NCBI GenBank assembly: GCA_043228905.1 | Contig: JBHGNT010000022.1 | Coordinates: 4,030,001 to 4,094,000, forward strand | Reading direction: 5' to 3' | Length of the DNA stretch: 64,000 bases | Source of the DNA: Azolla caroliniana | Taxonomy: Eukaryota > Plantae > Polypodiophyta | In this document: one piece after another, positions 25,106 to 36,865 of the stretch | How the letters are laid out: each line of letters opens with the position of its first letter | Numbering within the stretch: the stretch's first letter is position 1 | Notes under the pieces: generated by a model | What the model saw: the letters and a program-made list of their open reading frames with translations, nothing else | The model's database searches: none | What the model was told of the DNA's origin: nothing | Position numbers and translations under genes: made by a program

Positions 25106-25560
25106 TACAGACACATTCGTAAATATGTTTCTGAGAGTCCATCGAGACTATATTTGTAAATAGCCGAAAAGTCATATTAGTATAAATATGACTTAGGGCA
25201 AACTTTTAGTCAGAGTTGTTGTCATTTTGTTGGTACAAAGAGAGAGAGAGAGAAAGAGGTCGCTACCTCTGTTGTAACCGCCGCCTGTGGCGAAGATCGT
25301 GAGCACGAGGTCGTTGCCTCCGTGAACTCACTGTTTGTACATTCCAACGTAGTGATAGTTTGCAGCCTGTGGGTTGCCGTGGTTTTTTCCCTTAGTTTGG
25401 GTTTTCCACGTAAACATCCTGTGCACTCGTTTCTTCTTCTTCGTGTCGTGCTTTATTTCCTGTTTTCTGTGTATGATTCTAAGCTCGGTTGTGGCCGAGC
25501 ATTGCGCATAAGGAGCGTTGAGTTCCTGTCAAGTGGTATCAGAGCGAAACGACACAGAAA

Positions 25561-28500
25561 ATGGATGAATCGTTTGGCGGCATGTTCAAGCTCACCGGCT
25601 CCAATTATTCAGTGTGGAAGTCGAAGATGAGGGACATGCTCGTGGTTAAAGACCTCTGGATGCTGGTTCAGTTCGGGGACAAGAGACCGGACAAAATCGA
25701 CGCCGCGATATGGGAGGTGATGCACATGAAGACAACGGCGTACATACGGTGCTTCATCGACATGAGCCTGTACAACAGCAAGGCTCATGAGCTTTGGGAG
25801 AAGATCGGCATAATGTTTCAGAACAAAAATGTTGTTAATCAGGTTTCGGTATTCCAGAAGCTAGTAAGACTCTGGTACCAAGATGGCTCCAGCATGGCGG
25901 AGCACATGAATGCCTTCCAGGGGCTGATCCACCAGGCAACTTCATTGGAAGTACCTCTCGCCAATGAGGTACTAGCGCTACTCTTGCTCGGTTCCCTTCC
26001 GGATAGCTGGGAGACGTTGGTTGTCACTTTGGGCAACGCCGGACCGGAAGGAAAACGGTTATCCCTAGAAAGAGTGAAGTCGAGCCTGCTAGATGAGGAG
26101 GCGCGTCGGAAAGATAAGGATACGAGCTCCGACTCCAAAGCGCTCCTTACCGAATCGGAACGCGGAAGACATAGAAACCGTAATCCCCAGAACCGGGAGA
26201 AGTCGGGGACACGGTCAAAGTCAAGGGGGAGGCCTACTTGCTTCTATTGCGGCAAGCCGGGACACTTCCAAAAGAACTGTCGGCATTTCCGAAAAGATAA
26301 GGAGACCGACGGTACCGATTCGAAGCGGACCCTGGACCGGAACGGTAAAGACCGGAGGGGGCCGGACCGGAAGGGGACGACGGCAATCGCGGCAAGTGAA
26401 GAAGAGTTGATGCTCATCACCGAGGAGAGTGAGATAAACCTTGCCGGCGACGAGATGACCTGGGTGGTAGACTCCGGAGCGTCGTTCCACCTTACCCCGG
26501 ACCGGAAATGCTTCTCATCCTACTTAGCCGGTGATCACGGCTGTGTCCGGATGGGGAATGAAGGTACATGCCGAATTGTCGGCATAGTAGCTCCGATCTC
26601 TACCGCGAGTGCCAAAGATAAATAAAAGAAAGCCCAAAAAAAGGCTAGAAGAGACATAACCTCCGAGACGATAAACAAGAGAAAACCGTAGCGAAGCCCT
26701 AATTATACCACTTTGGTATGACGTCCTTCGTAAGTAGTGTGGCTGACAACACCTACCGGATGCAAATTGCTGCTGAAGGATGTCCGACACGTTCTGGAGG
26801 TTCGTCTGAACCTGATATCAGCCGGTCGGCTAGATGATGAAGGTTACATGGGTAGCATCCGGAACGGTGTCATGAAGTTCAGCAAAGGGAGCCTGATGGT
26901 GGCTCGGGCCCGGAAGGTCAACACATTGTACCTGATAAATGCCCGGTTATGTCTGGAAGAAGTGAACGTGGCATCCGACACTACCGGTGAGCTGTGGCAC
27001 AAGAGGATGTGTCATATGAGCGAGAAGGAGATGAAGAGGCTTGCAGACGACAACCTCATTCCAGTGAAGAACGTGCACTTGGAGAAGTGCACTGATTGCC
27101 TGGCCGGTAAGCAAAACTGGACCTCCTTCCGACCAAGGCCACCGATGAGACGTAATGCACCACTGGAGTTGGTGCATACGGATGTGTGTCAGGTAGACAC
27201 GAAGTCACATGCCGGAGCGCAGTACTTCGTGACTTTCATAGATGACCACAGCCGGAAGCTGTGGGCCACACCGTTGAAGACGAAGGATCAGGTGCTATCC
27301 ATTTTCAAAGAGCTCCACACGAGAGTGGAAAGAGAAACCGGCCGGAAGCTGAAGGCAGTTCAAGCAGATAACGGAGGAGAATACCGGGGGCAGTTCGAGG
27401 AGTACTGCCGCTCGAAGGGAATCCGGCTCGAATTTACCGTGCCAAAGACGCCGGAACTAAACGGGCTGGCCGAGAGGATGAACCGGACCATAATGGAGAG
27501 GGTCCGGAGTATGCTAGCGCATGCAAAACTACCCAAGAAGTTTTGGGCTGAGGCACTGTCGACGGCGACATATGTGATAAATAGATCACCCTCAATACCC
27601 TTGGACGGAGACACGCCACAGAGAGTGTGGACCGGTAAGGAAGTATCCTACTGGCATCTGAAGGTGTTCGGATGTCTCGCATACGTGCATGTAGCTAAGG
27701 ACCGGAGAGGAAAGTTAGATCCAAAGACCCGGCCATGCATATTCCTCGGTTACGCTGACGATGAGTTCGGCTACCGAGTGTGGGACCTGATCGACAAGAA
27801 GGTATTCCGGAGTCGAGATATTATCTTCATGGAGAACAAGATGCTCGCCGACTGGGAGTCGGAGAAGAAGATAATGAACTCCGAGTCGACCGGTAAGGAT
27901 CGACTCTACGATGAGCAGACCCAACCGGCAAGAGACCGGTTAGCACTCGAGGGACCAGACGGTTACGGTGAGGATACCGAACGGGCTGAAGAAGAAGTAG
28001 AGGAAGTTGAAATCGGATCCGGCCAAGACCCCGAATCGGATTCGGATGAAGAGCAAATGGATGAGCCGGTCACCGAAGCCCAGAGACGGAGATATCCTCT
28101 CAGAGAGAGAAGGGCCCCCCGGAGATTTCCAGATGCAGAGCATGTTCTGCTGACCGATGAGGGGGAGCCGGAAAGCTTCGAAGAAGCGAAGGAAGACACC
28201 CATAGCCGAAAATGGTTAAGTGCCATGTAGGATGAGATGGATTCCCTGCATGAGAACCATATGTATGAATTGGTGGAGTTGCCGAAAGGAAAGCGAGCAC
28301 TCCGAAACAAGTGGGTGTACAAGTTGAAACCGGGAGATGCCGGCAACACCCCGAGATACAAAGCCAGGATCGTGGTGAAGGGGTTCCAGCAGAAGAAGGG
28401 CGTGGACTTCGATGAGATATTTGCCCCAGTAGTAAAGATGACCTCCATCCGAACGGTGCTGAGTATAGCGGCAAGCATGGACCTCGAGGTAGAGCAGCTA

Positions 28501-29731
28501 GACGTGAAGACGGCATTCCTTCACGGTGACCTCGAAGAAGAGATCTACATGCAGCAACCGGAAGGATTCGTGGAGAAAGGGAAGGAGCACTTGGTTTGCC
28601 GGTTGAAGAAGAGCCTTTACGGGCTAAAGTAGGCCCCCCGGCAATGGTACCGGAAGTTTGACTCCTTCATGACCGATCAAGGGTACCACAAGACGCAGGC
28701 CAATCACTGCGTGTTTGTGAAGAAGTTCGAAGGAGATGACTTCCTGATACTCCTTCTGTACGTGGATGACATGTTGATCGTCGGACGGGATCAAGTCAAA
28801 ATACGGATGCTGAAGAAGGCTCTCAACTGGACCTTCTCAATGAAAGACTTGGGTCCGGCAAGACAGATGTTGGGGATGCATATTATCTGGAACCGGTCAA
28901 AGAAGCAATTATGGCTGTCACAGGAGAAGTACGTGACAAAGGTGCTTCACCGGTTCAACATGTCAGATTCGAAACCAGTCGGATCGACACTTCCGGCAAA
29001 CTGTAGGCAGTCCGGCAAGCAAAGCCCGAAGACGAAAGTAGAGAAGGCGGATATGATGAAGATTCCATATGCCTCTGCCGGCGGGAGCTTAATGTATGCA
29101 ATGGTTTATACCCGACCGGATATAAGATACGCAATCGGAGTGGTGAGCCGGTTCATGAGTAATCCCGGCAAGGAGCACTGGAACGCGGTCAAATGGATAC
29201 TCTGGTATTTGAAGGGCACTTCAAATATGTGTCTCCGATTCGGCTCCGGAAAACCTCAACTGGACGGTTTCACCGATTCGGACATGTCGGCTGATGTGGA
29301 TACCAACCGGTCTACATCCGGGTATGTAATGACATGGGGGAGCTGTTTCATGGCAGTCGAGGCTGCAGAAAACGGTTGCATTGTCAACCACAGAGGCGGA
29401 GTACATGGCGGCTGTGGAAGCCGACAAGGAAATATTATGGATGAAGGACTTCATCGGAGAGCTCGGTATCCGGCAAGATGAATACCGACTCTATTGCGAC
29501 AGTCAAAGTGCCATCCACCTTGCTAAGAATGCGGCCTACCATTCCCGGACGAAGCATATCCAGTGGAGGTATCACTGGATCCGGGAAAGAGTAGATGACC
29601 AGGAGTTCGCGCTGATGAAGATCCACATGGCCGAGAACGGGTCAGATATGCTGACCAAAGTGCTGATACCCGACAAGTTGGATGCATGCCGGAAGAGAAT
29701 CGGACTGGTAAGACACCCCATGCCGGAGTGA
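25561..29731 (+). pseudogene. Copia gag-pol (gag, CCHC, PR, IN, RT, RH) with an insertion, two stops and a frameshift
   Basis: CFYCGKPGHFQKNC; WVVDSGAS; LELVHTD, DNGGEY, NGLAERMN; YVDDML; STTEAEY. Stops at 28228 and 28630; frameshift at ~29335. Confidence 0.93.
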
Positions 29732-29821
29732 AGGGGGAGTTTGTTGGGAGACAGGTCCCTCCGGATGGGAAGGGAGAAGAACAGTGCCGATGAACAAACT
29801 CGACTGAGGCCGAAACCGTAT

Positions 29822-30122
29822 GAGGAGGACCCGGCTACGGAGAGCCGGATGGTGCAGACCCGGTATGAACCGGATGAGGAGTACCCGGCTACGGAGAGCC
29901 GGATGGTGCAGACCCGGTATGAACCGGATGAGGAGTACCCGGCTACGGAGAGCCGGATGGTGCAGACCCGGTATGAACCAGATGAGGAGTACCCGGCTGC
30001 GGAGAGCCGGATGGTGCAGACCCGGTATGAACCGAATGAGGAGTACCCGGCTGCGGAGAGCCGGATGGTGCAGACCCGGTATGAACCGGATGAGGAGTAC
30101 CCGGCTACGGAGAACCGGATGA
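29822..30122 (+). repeat. 54-bp tandem repeat in U3 of the 3' LTR (5 full units)
   Basis: Same unit as at 24860, one more copy. Confidence 0.92.
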
Positions 30123-32109
30123 TACAGACACATTCGTAAATATGTTTCTGAGAGTCCATCGCGGCTATATTTGTAAATAGCCAAAAAGTCATATTAGTAT
30201 AAATATGACTTAGGGCAAACTTTTAGTCAGAGTTGTTGTCATTTTGTTGGTACAAAGAGAGAGAGAGAGAGAAAGAGGTCGTTGCCTCTGTTGTAACCGC
30301 CGCCTGTGGCGAAGATCGTGAGCACGAGGTCGTTGCCTCCGTGAACTCACTGTTTGTACATTCCAACGTAGTGATAGTTTGCAGCCTGTGGGCTGCCGTG
30401 GTTTTTTCCCTTAGTTTGGGTTTTCCACGTAAACATCTTGTGCACTCGTTTCTTCTTCTTCGTGTCGTGCTTTATTTCCTGTTTTCTGTGTATGATTCTA
30501 AGCTCGGTTGTGGCCGAGCGTTGCGCATAAGGAGCGTTGAGTTCCCGTCATCATGAAGCAAGTGTCTCGCATCCCATATACCAAACCATTTTTCTATATC
30601 TTGCATCCAACCGGAACACAAAATTTTGCTTTTATGCGTCTTTTGGATCTTTTTGCTTGCTTCCCACACAATTCTAGGAAGTCGATGTGAGGGACTTTTT
30701 TGAACCTTAAGCATGTATTCAACAAACCTTTCCATGGCCATGATCTCAATGGGAAGCGATCCCGTCTCAAGGAGGAGGAGGGTGTAGGACGTTTGTTTCT
30801 TAACTTGTAGAAACTTGGTAAGAAAATGCTTTTGGACATTTTCAAACTCTTTCCACATAGATTTAGGGATACTACCGCCCCATACTTCCACCCCATAGAG
30901 AAGAACCGGTGTCACCAAAGTGTTGAAAAGATATTTCTTGAGGACCCAACACTTAATATCTCCAAGATTGCATATGTTCTCAAATGCATAGTATGCTCCC
31001 TTGCCCGCCTCTAAGCGGCATGTAGCACATTCATTCCATCTATGATTTGAACGAACTTCAAGGCCAAGATATTTGAAGCTTTCCACACATTCAAGTGGCT
31101 CATTGTTGTACATAATGCATGGTTTATTTCTTTTTTGCCTCTTCACAAGCATAATCTTTGTTTTAGAGCTATTGACACTTAATTTAGTATGCATGCAAAA
31201 TTTTTCCAATGCCTTCATAAGCTTTTGTGCATCTCCTAAAGTATTTGCAAAAAGCACTACATCATCTACATATAGCAAAAGCATAATTACAACATTCCCA
31301 ATGGCAACTTCTTCAACACATTCTTCCTTTGCAAACTTGGTAACCATTTCTTCCAATTCATCAATGCATAAACCAAATAGTGTTGGTGAGAGTGGGCATC
31401 CTTGCTTAACACCAATAGTGCTTTTGAAAAAATCTAAAAGTTTATCTCTCATGCGCACACAACATATAACTTTCTCATAAATTTGGGAAATTGCAAGCAT
31501 ATATTCACGTGGCACCTCAAGTTCTTCCATTCGCCTCCAAAGATGCTCACGAGCTTTCTTGAAGTCTACAAAGCAACAATATAAACCTTTACCTCTAAGG
31601 CGACTTTCCTCCATTAATACTCGAAGGGTGATAAGGTGATCAATGGTGCTATGGTGTTTCCGAAAGCCAGCTTGTCCATAAGCTCTCTTACCACTTTTTT
31701 CAGCCCATACACTTATCTTTGATTCCATTATACATCCAAATAGTTTTGCCATTAATGAGCCAAACATGATGGTTCGATAGTTGTGAGAGAGTGACAGATC
31801 GAGGGAGAGAAAATGATGATGACAACAATATATTATGTGAGAAGAATATACAAGGAAGGCTAGGAGGCTTAAGATTGGCGTTGAACCGATTTGGTTCGAA
31901 ATAATGCCTTGTGCCTCCTTTTATAGTGTTCTCAAGAGTAGTCCTAAAGCTTCTAGAATGTTCCCGAGAAATCTGGAATATACATTAATTTTTTATAGTA
32001 AAACTTAAATAAAAATAATATTTTATGTATTACAATAGATAGTGTAATGGTCAAGAGCTCGACCCATGTAACATAAAGTCATGGGTTCGAGTCTTGCCAT
32101 ATCATGACA

Positions 32110-32606
32110 GATTTTTGGGAAATTGGTCCCCTCCTGATGGGATCCGGTTATGAATGAGGAGATCCGGAAACCGGATCAGATGGACCCAGTGTGAACTGGA
32201 AGTGAAGACTTATTTGTAAATATGTTTTGAGTAAGCCTATTGAGGCTATATTTGTAAATAGCCCTAAGTTCATATAAGTATAAATATGACTTAGGGCAAT
32301 CACTTTGTGAGTTAGGTGAGAGGGTTGTCATATTGTTGTAGTGTAGAGAGAGAAAGTGAGTGATACTTTGTTGTAACCGCCGACTGGCGAAGATACAGAG
32401 CTCGAGGTCATTGCCTCCGAGTCTCTGTTTGTACCTTTTTGATATAGTGATAGTTTGGAGTCTATGGGCTTCCGTGGTTTTTTCCCATTAGGGTTTTCCA
32501 CATAAATATTCTGTGTACTCTCTACTTCCCGTTTCTATGTTTCATTCTCATTTCTGTGATTCAAGACTCGGTTGTGGCCAAGCTATATTCTGCGTTATTC
32601 TCTTCA
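32110..32606 (+). repeat. Remainder of the copia A 3' LTR, displaced 26.5 kb by the chromovirus nest
   Basis: TTGGGAAATTGGTCCCTCC...CTCGGTTGTGGCC...TCTTCA, homologous to the 29742 LTR family; continues from the TG at 5580-5581. Confidence 0.82.
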
Positions 32607-35600
32607 GAGTATTAGTGGTGACCTTTAACCTTTGAATGCTCATACATGCTCATACATTCTCAAAAGGGTGTGTTCACACATTAGACTAGGTTGAGTTTGA
32701 TTCTCAACATGCCCTTTCAAGCTCAACCATGTCATGACTGAGTCAGTTGTCAAGTCGGCTATCACTCCCCCTCAAGCTCAGCAAGGCGTAGGTCGAAAGA
32801 CCAAGCTCGATCGAAAATTGCCAAAGCTTGTCGATCCCCAAAGCTTTCGTGAAGAAGTCGGTTGTCTAAAGGTTTGTGCTAATGTGCTGGAGGTTGACAT
32901 CCCCTGCAAGGACATGTTCTTGGATGAAGTGGTAATGCACCTGAATGTGCTTTGCCCGAGCATGGAAGATAGGGTTTTGAGCAAGATGGATACTGTTGAG
33001 ATTGTCATAGTAGAGCAAGATTGGATCGTTGATGGAGATGTCCAAACCCTTAAGTATCCTCTTGAGCCATATGGCTTCACATGCAACTACAATTGTTCGG
33101 CCTTATATCCGGCCCAGTCGGCATCTGTGTACCCTTCAAGTCGAATTGGCGTGGTCGACTTATAGAGAATTCCATAGTCCATCGTTCCACTCACGTATCA
33201 TAACACTCGCGTAGCACAATCTAAATCAATATCTCATGGAATTTGCATGAATTGCTTAAGGAGGCCGGCCGGATAGCTGAGGTCGGGTCAAGTGATTGTG
33301 AGATAGATGAGGCTCCCGATTATTGCCGATACTGAGTTGACTCGCACTCTTCTGTGCCGGAGTCAGCAATTAGCTTTAGATTTTGATCGAGAGGGGTTGC
33401 CACAAACTTACACTAAGTCATCCTGAACTTATATAATAAGTTGAGGATGTAGTGCCATTGGGAGATCATAATGCCAGCTAGAGTTCGAATTACCTCGATG
33501 GCAAGGAAATAATGGAGCTCTTTCATGTCTGTCATCTCGAATTTTCTAGGGAGGAGGGACTTGACCTTGTTGATGTCGACTAAACGCTCACCTCCAATGA
33601 CAAGATCATCCACATATAGGATGATGACAGGGTTTAGGGTTTGTGGACCCCTGTGGTTTTTCCCATTTTGGGTTTTCCACGTAAAATATCGGTATCTCTG
33701 TGTCTTCACATTTTTCTTGTCTGTGTACTAGTTCTTGGTTTCTGCACAATACGAACGTGAAACCGATTGTGGCTGGTCGATTCCTTACGGTTACTGAGTA
33801 ATCTTTGAATGCCAAGCGCGCGATGCTTGCTTGAGTTCGTACAACGGCTTCTTGAGACGACAGATTACGGTTGAGTGTTTGGACCATGTATACCACCTCT
33901 TCTAATTCGTCTTGGAGGAAAGAGTTCTTTACGTCCATCTGGTGGAGGTGCCACCCTTTTGCCGTTGTGAGTGCAATCATAGTTCGAACAATCGTCATCT
34001 TTGCCACTAGGGCAAAGGTCTCTTCATGGTCGACTCCATGTGTTTGTGCGTAACCTTTTTCGGTGAGTCGAGCTTTGTAGCGGTTGACAGAGCCGTCGGC
34101 ATTATACTTCACTTTGTATATCCATCTGCAACCAATTGTCTTCTTGTGAGGTAAGTGGGGGACAAGATCCCATGTCTCGTTCTTAGATAGAGCTTGCATC
34201 TCCTCGTTCATCGCTTCGACCCATCACGGATCTTTAGCGGCTTTGGTAAAGCTTTCTGGTTCACGAGCAACTACCACCTTCATCATAAAGGCATAGTGGT
34301 ATGCCATGTAGTCGTTATAGCCGAATCAACTAATTGGATTCCTCTCATAGGTGGAGCGTCAAGTTTTTTCACTTGCCGATGTGAGTGCTTTCTTAATTCT
34401 GGGTGACCTCATAAGAGGCACATCAAAGGCACCACACTCATTATCGAGTGAGTGAGCCGATTCAGTGTCGTCAGATTGATTGTCTTCATATTCCAGCATT
34501 TTGGCCTTCCCTTTGTCTATCTTTGGACTCGACCGAGATGTGCTTTGCTCGTTTGGAGGCTCTTGTGGTCCGCTCAATCTGGTTGAGATCAGACTCTCAT
34601 TAGGTATTGACCTTAGTTGATCATTGTCCTTTGTGTCGTCAAGGTCGACCGGAAATGGTTCGGGTGGAGTCGGCTTGGGTTCATACCAAGATGTTGATTT
34701 GTCAAAGATTACGTCCCAACTTACGCGAACCTTCCGAGTAGAGGGGTTGAAGCATTTGTACCCCTTTTTCTCCAACAAGCACCCTATGAGGATACACTTC
34801 TCCAACTTGGGATCTAGCTTTTGTTGCTTTTCGTCGGGAATATGCACATATGCAAGTGAGCTGAATATCCTGACGTGGGATAGGTATGGCTTTGTTCCAT
34901 AATATTTCTTATGAGGGGTTACATCATGCACTCTGGATGTTGTGTACTAGTTCATGAGGTAGACAACAATATTTGCTACTTTGGCCCAATATGACTTCAA
35001 CACATGCTTCTCGTTTAGCATGGCCCTTGCTACTTCGAGGATGTGTCGATTTTTGTGTTCGGCCACTCCCTTCTGTTGCGGTGTGCATCGACACATAAAC
35101 TCTCACCGAATTCCTTCTTTACGGAGAAAAGCCGAAAATTCGTCGGAGAAGTACTCTTTTCCTCCGTCCGACCGAAGGCATCTAACATTTTGACCTGTTT
35201 CCTTTTCGACTCCAGTTTTGAATTTTTGGAAGTGTATGAACACTTCACTCTTTTGCCTCATGGGAAAGATCCATGTGTGCCAGGAGAAGTCGTCGATAAA
35301 GGTAACATAGTATCGACATCCTTCGAAATAGGTGCCAATGTTGTTTGCCAAATTGGCAAGCTCCACATACACCTTCAATCTCATTCTCTTTGAAGGTCGG
35401 GAGCCCGATGATGACTCCTTTCAATTGCACCGCCTTGAGCTTTTGGAGGTTGATATGGCCAATTCTTTTATGCAATAGTTTTATATCGGTGTTGGCTTTA
35501 TGGCCCATTGCGAACATGGCCAAATTTACCTCGTTCAACTCGAGGATAAACATTTGGCCTTCCCTACAACCACAAGTGTTATGGTTGGTACATGCAAGAC

Positions 35601-36494
35601 ATTTTTTATGCAAGTTTGTTTGCCTTTTTTCCCAAATGGGACAGTGCGAACATGTTGAATCGGGTGTGTGGTGTCATCTCCAGTCTCGACATAGCCGAGT
35701 TGATCCAGCTCTCGTAGGTCTCGGAACCATTCTTGATGTGATGTCATATGGTTTGATGCATCGGAATCGACAAACCATACGTCTTCTGGATTAGAGGTGT
35801 TGGTTGGGCCGGAAGCCGACATAGAGTTTGTCATCGTCTTCGGAGTTAGTGGCATAATTGGTGAGTTGGTGGCTTGTAGAAGCCGACTCACTCTTCTTAT
35901 TTTGACACTCCTCTTCATAGTGGCTGATTTTGCCACAATATCCATACTTGATGGGGTTGTTTTGTTGGCTTGGATTGGCATGGAAGCTCCCCCTTCTTTC
36001 GAACGTTCCTCTTGAGTTTCCACCATCTTGTCGGTAATGGGAGTGGTTTTCATAGGTCGAAGCTCGTCTGCCTCATCCTTGGCGTATCGAACACACAATC
36101 ACGATAAGTCGGGTGGGCTTAGTGGATATGCTAAACCACGTGCTCTAATACCATGTAAACAATTAGCTAGAGTAATTATGTTATGTGGAATAGATTAGAG
36201 ATGTGTGTTATGTGTGTGTGAAAGATGAGAGAAGAGACGCAAGATAGATAGGAAAATAAAAAGACTCAAATGTATATTAATAAAGTCACCCTCTCTCTAC
36301 ATTCTCTCACTGAAGCTAATGTGTCATAGGGAATGTGGAAACTCATTAGTTATATGTGTCATAGAATATGATTCTATGACACATAGTTAATGTTGGAGAG
36401 TTAGTGGTGACCTTTGACATTTGAATACTCATACATTCTCAAAGGGGTGGTGGTGTGTTCACACATTAGAGTAGGTTGAGTTTGATTCTCAACA
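32607..36494 (-). mobile_element. Degraded Ty1/copia C (different family); its 3' LTR is interrupted by copia A
   Basis: 5' LTR 36154-36494; PBS TGGTATTAGAGC at 36142-36153; 3' LTR remnant 32607-32709 matches 36398-36494. WFVDSDAS, RSDGGKEY, YKARL, LYVDDL and RNase H on -. Confidence 0.88.
33624..33790 (+). repeat. Truncated foreign LTR (R/U5) fragment replacing part of the copia C RT
   Basis: GTGGTTTTTCCC...GGGTTTTCCACGTAAA motif typical of the other copia LTRs here; RT sequence is missing between YGLKQA and LYVDD. Confidence 0.6.
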
Positions 36495-36865
36495 TTTGGA
36501 AATGCATTTGTAGATTTGCATTATTACGAGATATACGTCATCAACAAGATCAACCATGGATATCTATGATTTTGCGATATTTTATTGAGCATGAAGGATG
36601 ATTGGTGCATTGGGGGGGAAAACAAAGATTCAAGCACCTGTGGTGGCTTGATTACCGAATGGATGGATGTATTCATTCCTTTGAAGATTCGACATTCTAT
36701 ACATATATGTATGTGGAGAACAGTTGGTTGGTAAAAGATCACGACAAGATGCATTATCTTGTTTTGAGTGGGGGGGCACACCATCAAGCGATATCGAGAA
36801 TTTCAATCGTTTACATACATATTTCGATCAGATTGTAGGTATACAATTAATATGTATATAATTGG

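Larger units (their letters stand above)
24779..30550 (+). mobile_element. Full-length Ty1/copia (same family as copia A), TSD TCATG, tRNA-iMet PBS
   Basis: LTRs 24779-25531 and 29742-30550. PBS TGGTATCAGAGC at 25534-25545. PPT GAAGGGGGAG at ~29730. TCATG on both flanks. Confidence 0.95.
24202..31784 (-). mobile_element. 5'-truncated RTE/RTEX-like LINE with (ATCT)n tail, inserted in the chromovirus 5' LTR and split by a copia
   Basis: RT ORF 31767-30551 (QAGFR, FVDFKKA, GVKQGCPLSP, LYVDD) continues at 24778-24239 (RCETGRW, CTLC, EYHTLIQC). (GATA)n at 24200-24218 on +. Confidence 0.85.
5582..32109 (-). mobile_element. Tcn1-like chromovirus (Ty3/gypsy), full length but heavily nested, inserted at the PPT/3'LTR junction of copia A
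   Basis: Paired LTRs 5582-6628 and 24104-32109 (both TGTCAAGAATAG...ATCATGACA on +). Flanks GATTG/GATTT. PPT at 6629-6645. gag-PR-RT-RH-IN-chromodomain on the - strand. Confidence 0.9.

Noticed and set aside
24742-25175. Repeat-protein ORFs (ESRMVQTRYEPDEEYPAT)n, also at 29572-30192, 9968-10843 and 58091-58416
   Set aside because: They are translations of the 54-bp LTR U3 repeat, open in several frames on both strands, with no evidence of coding function.
32036-32105. Functional tRNA gene
   Set aside because: A- and B-box-like motifs only; acceptor and anticodon stems do not pair convincingly; part of an LTR.
36500-36840. 78-aa ORF (36602-36838) as a gene fragment
   Set aside because: No ATG start, splice support or recognisable motif; cannot be supported without a search.
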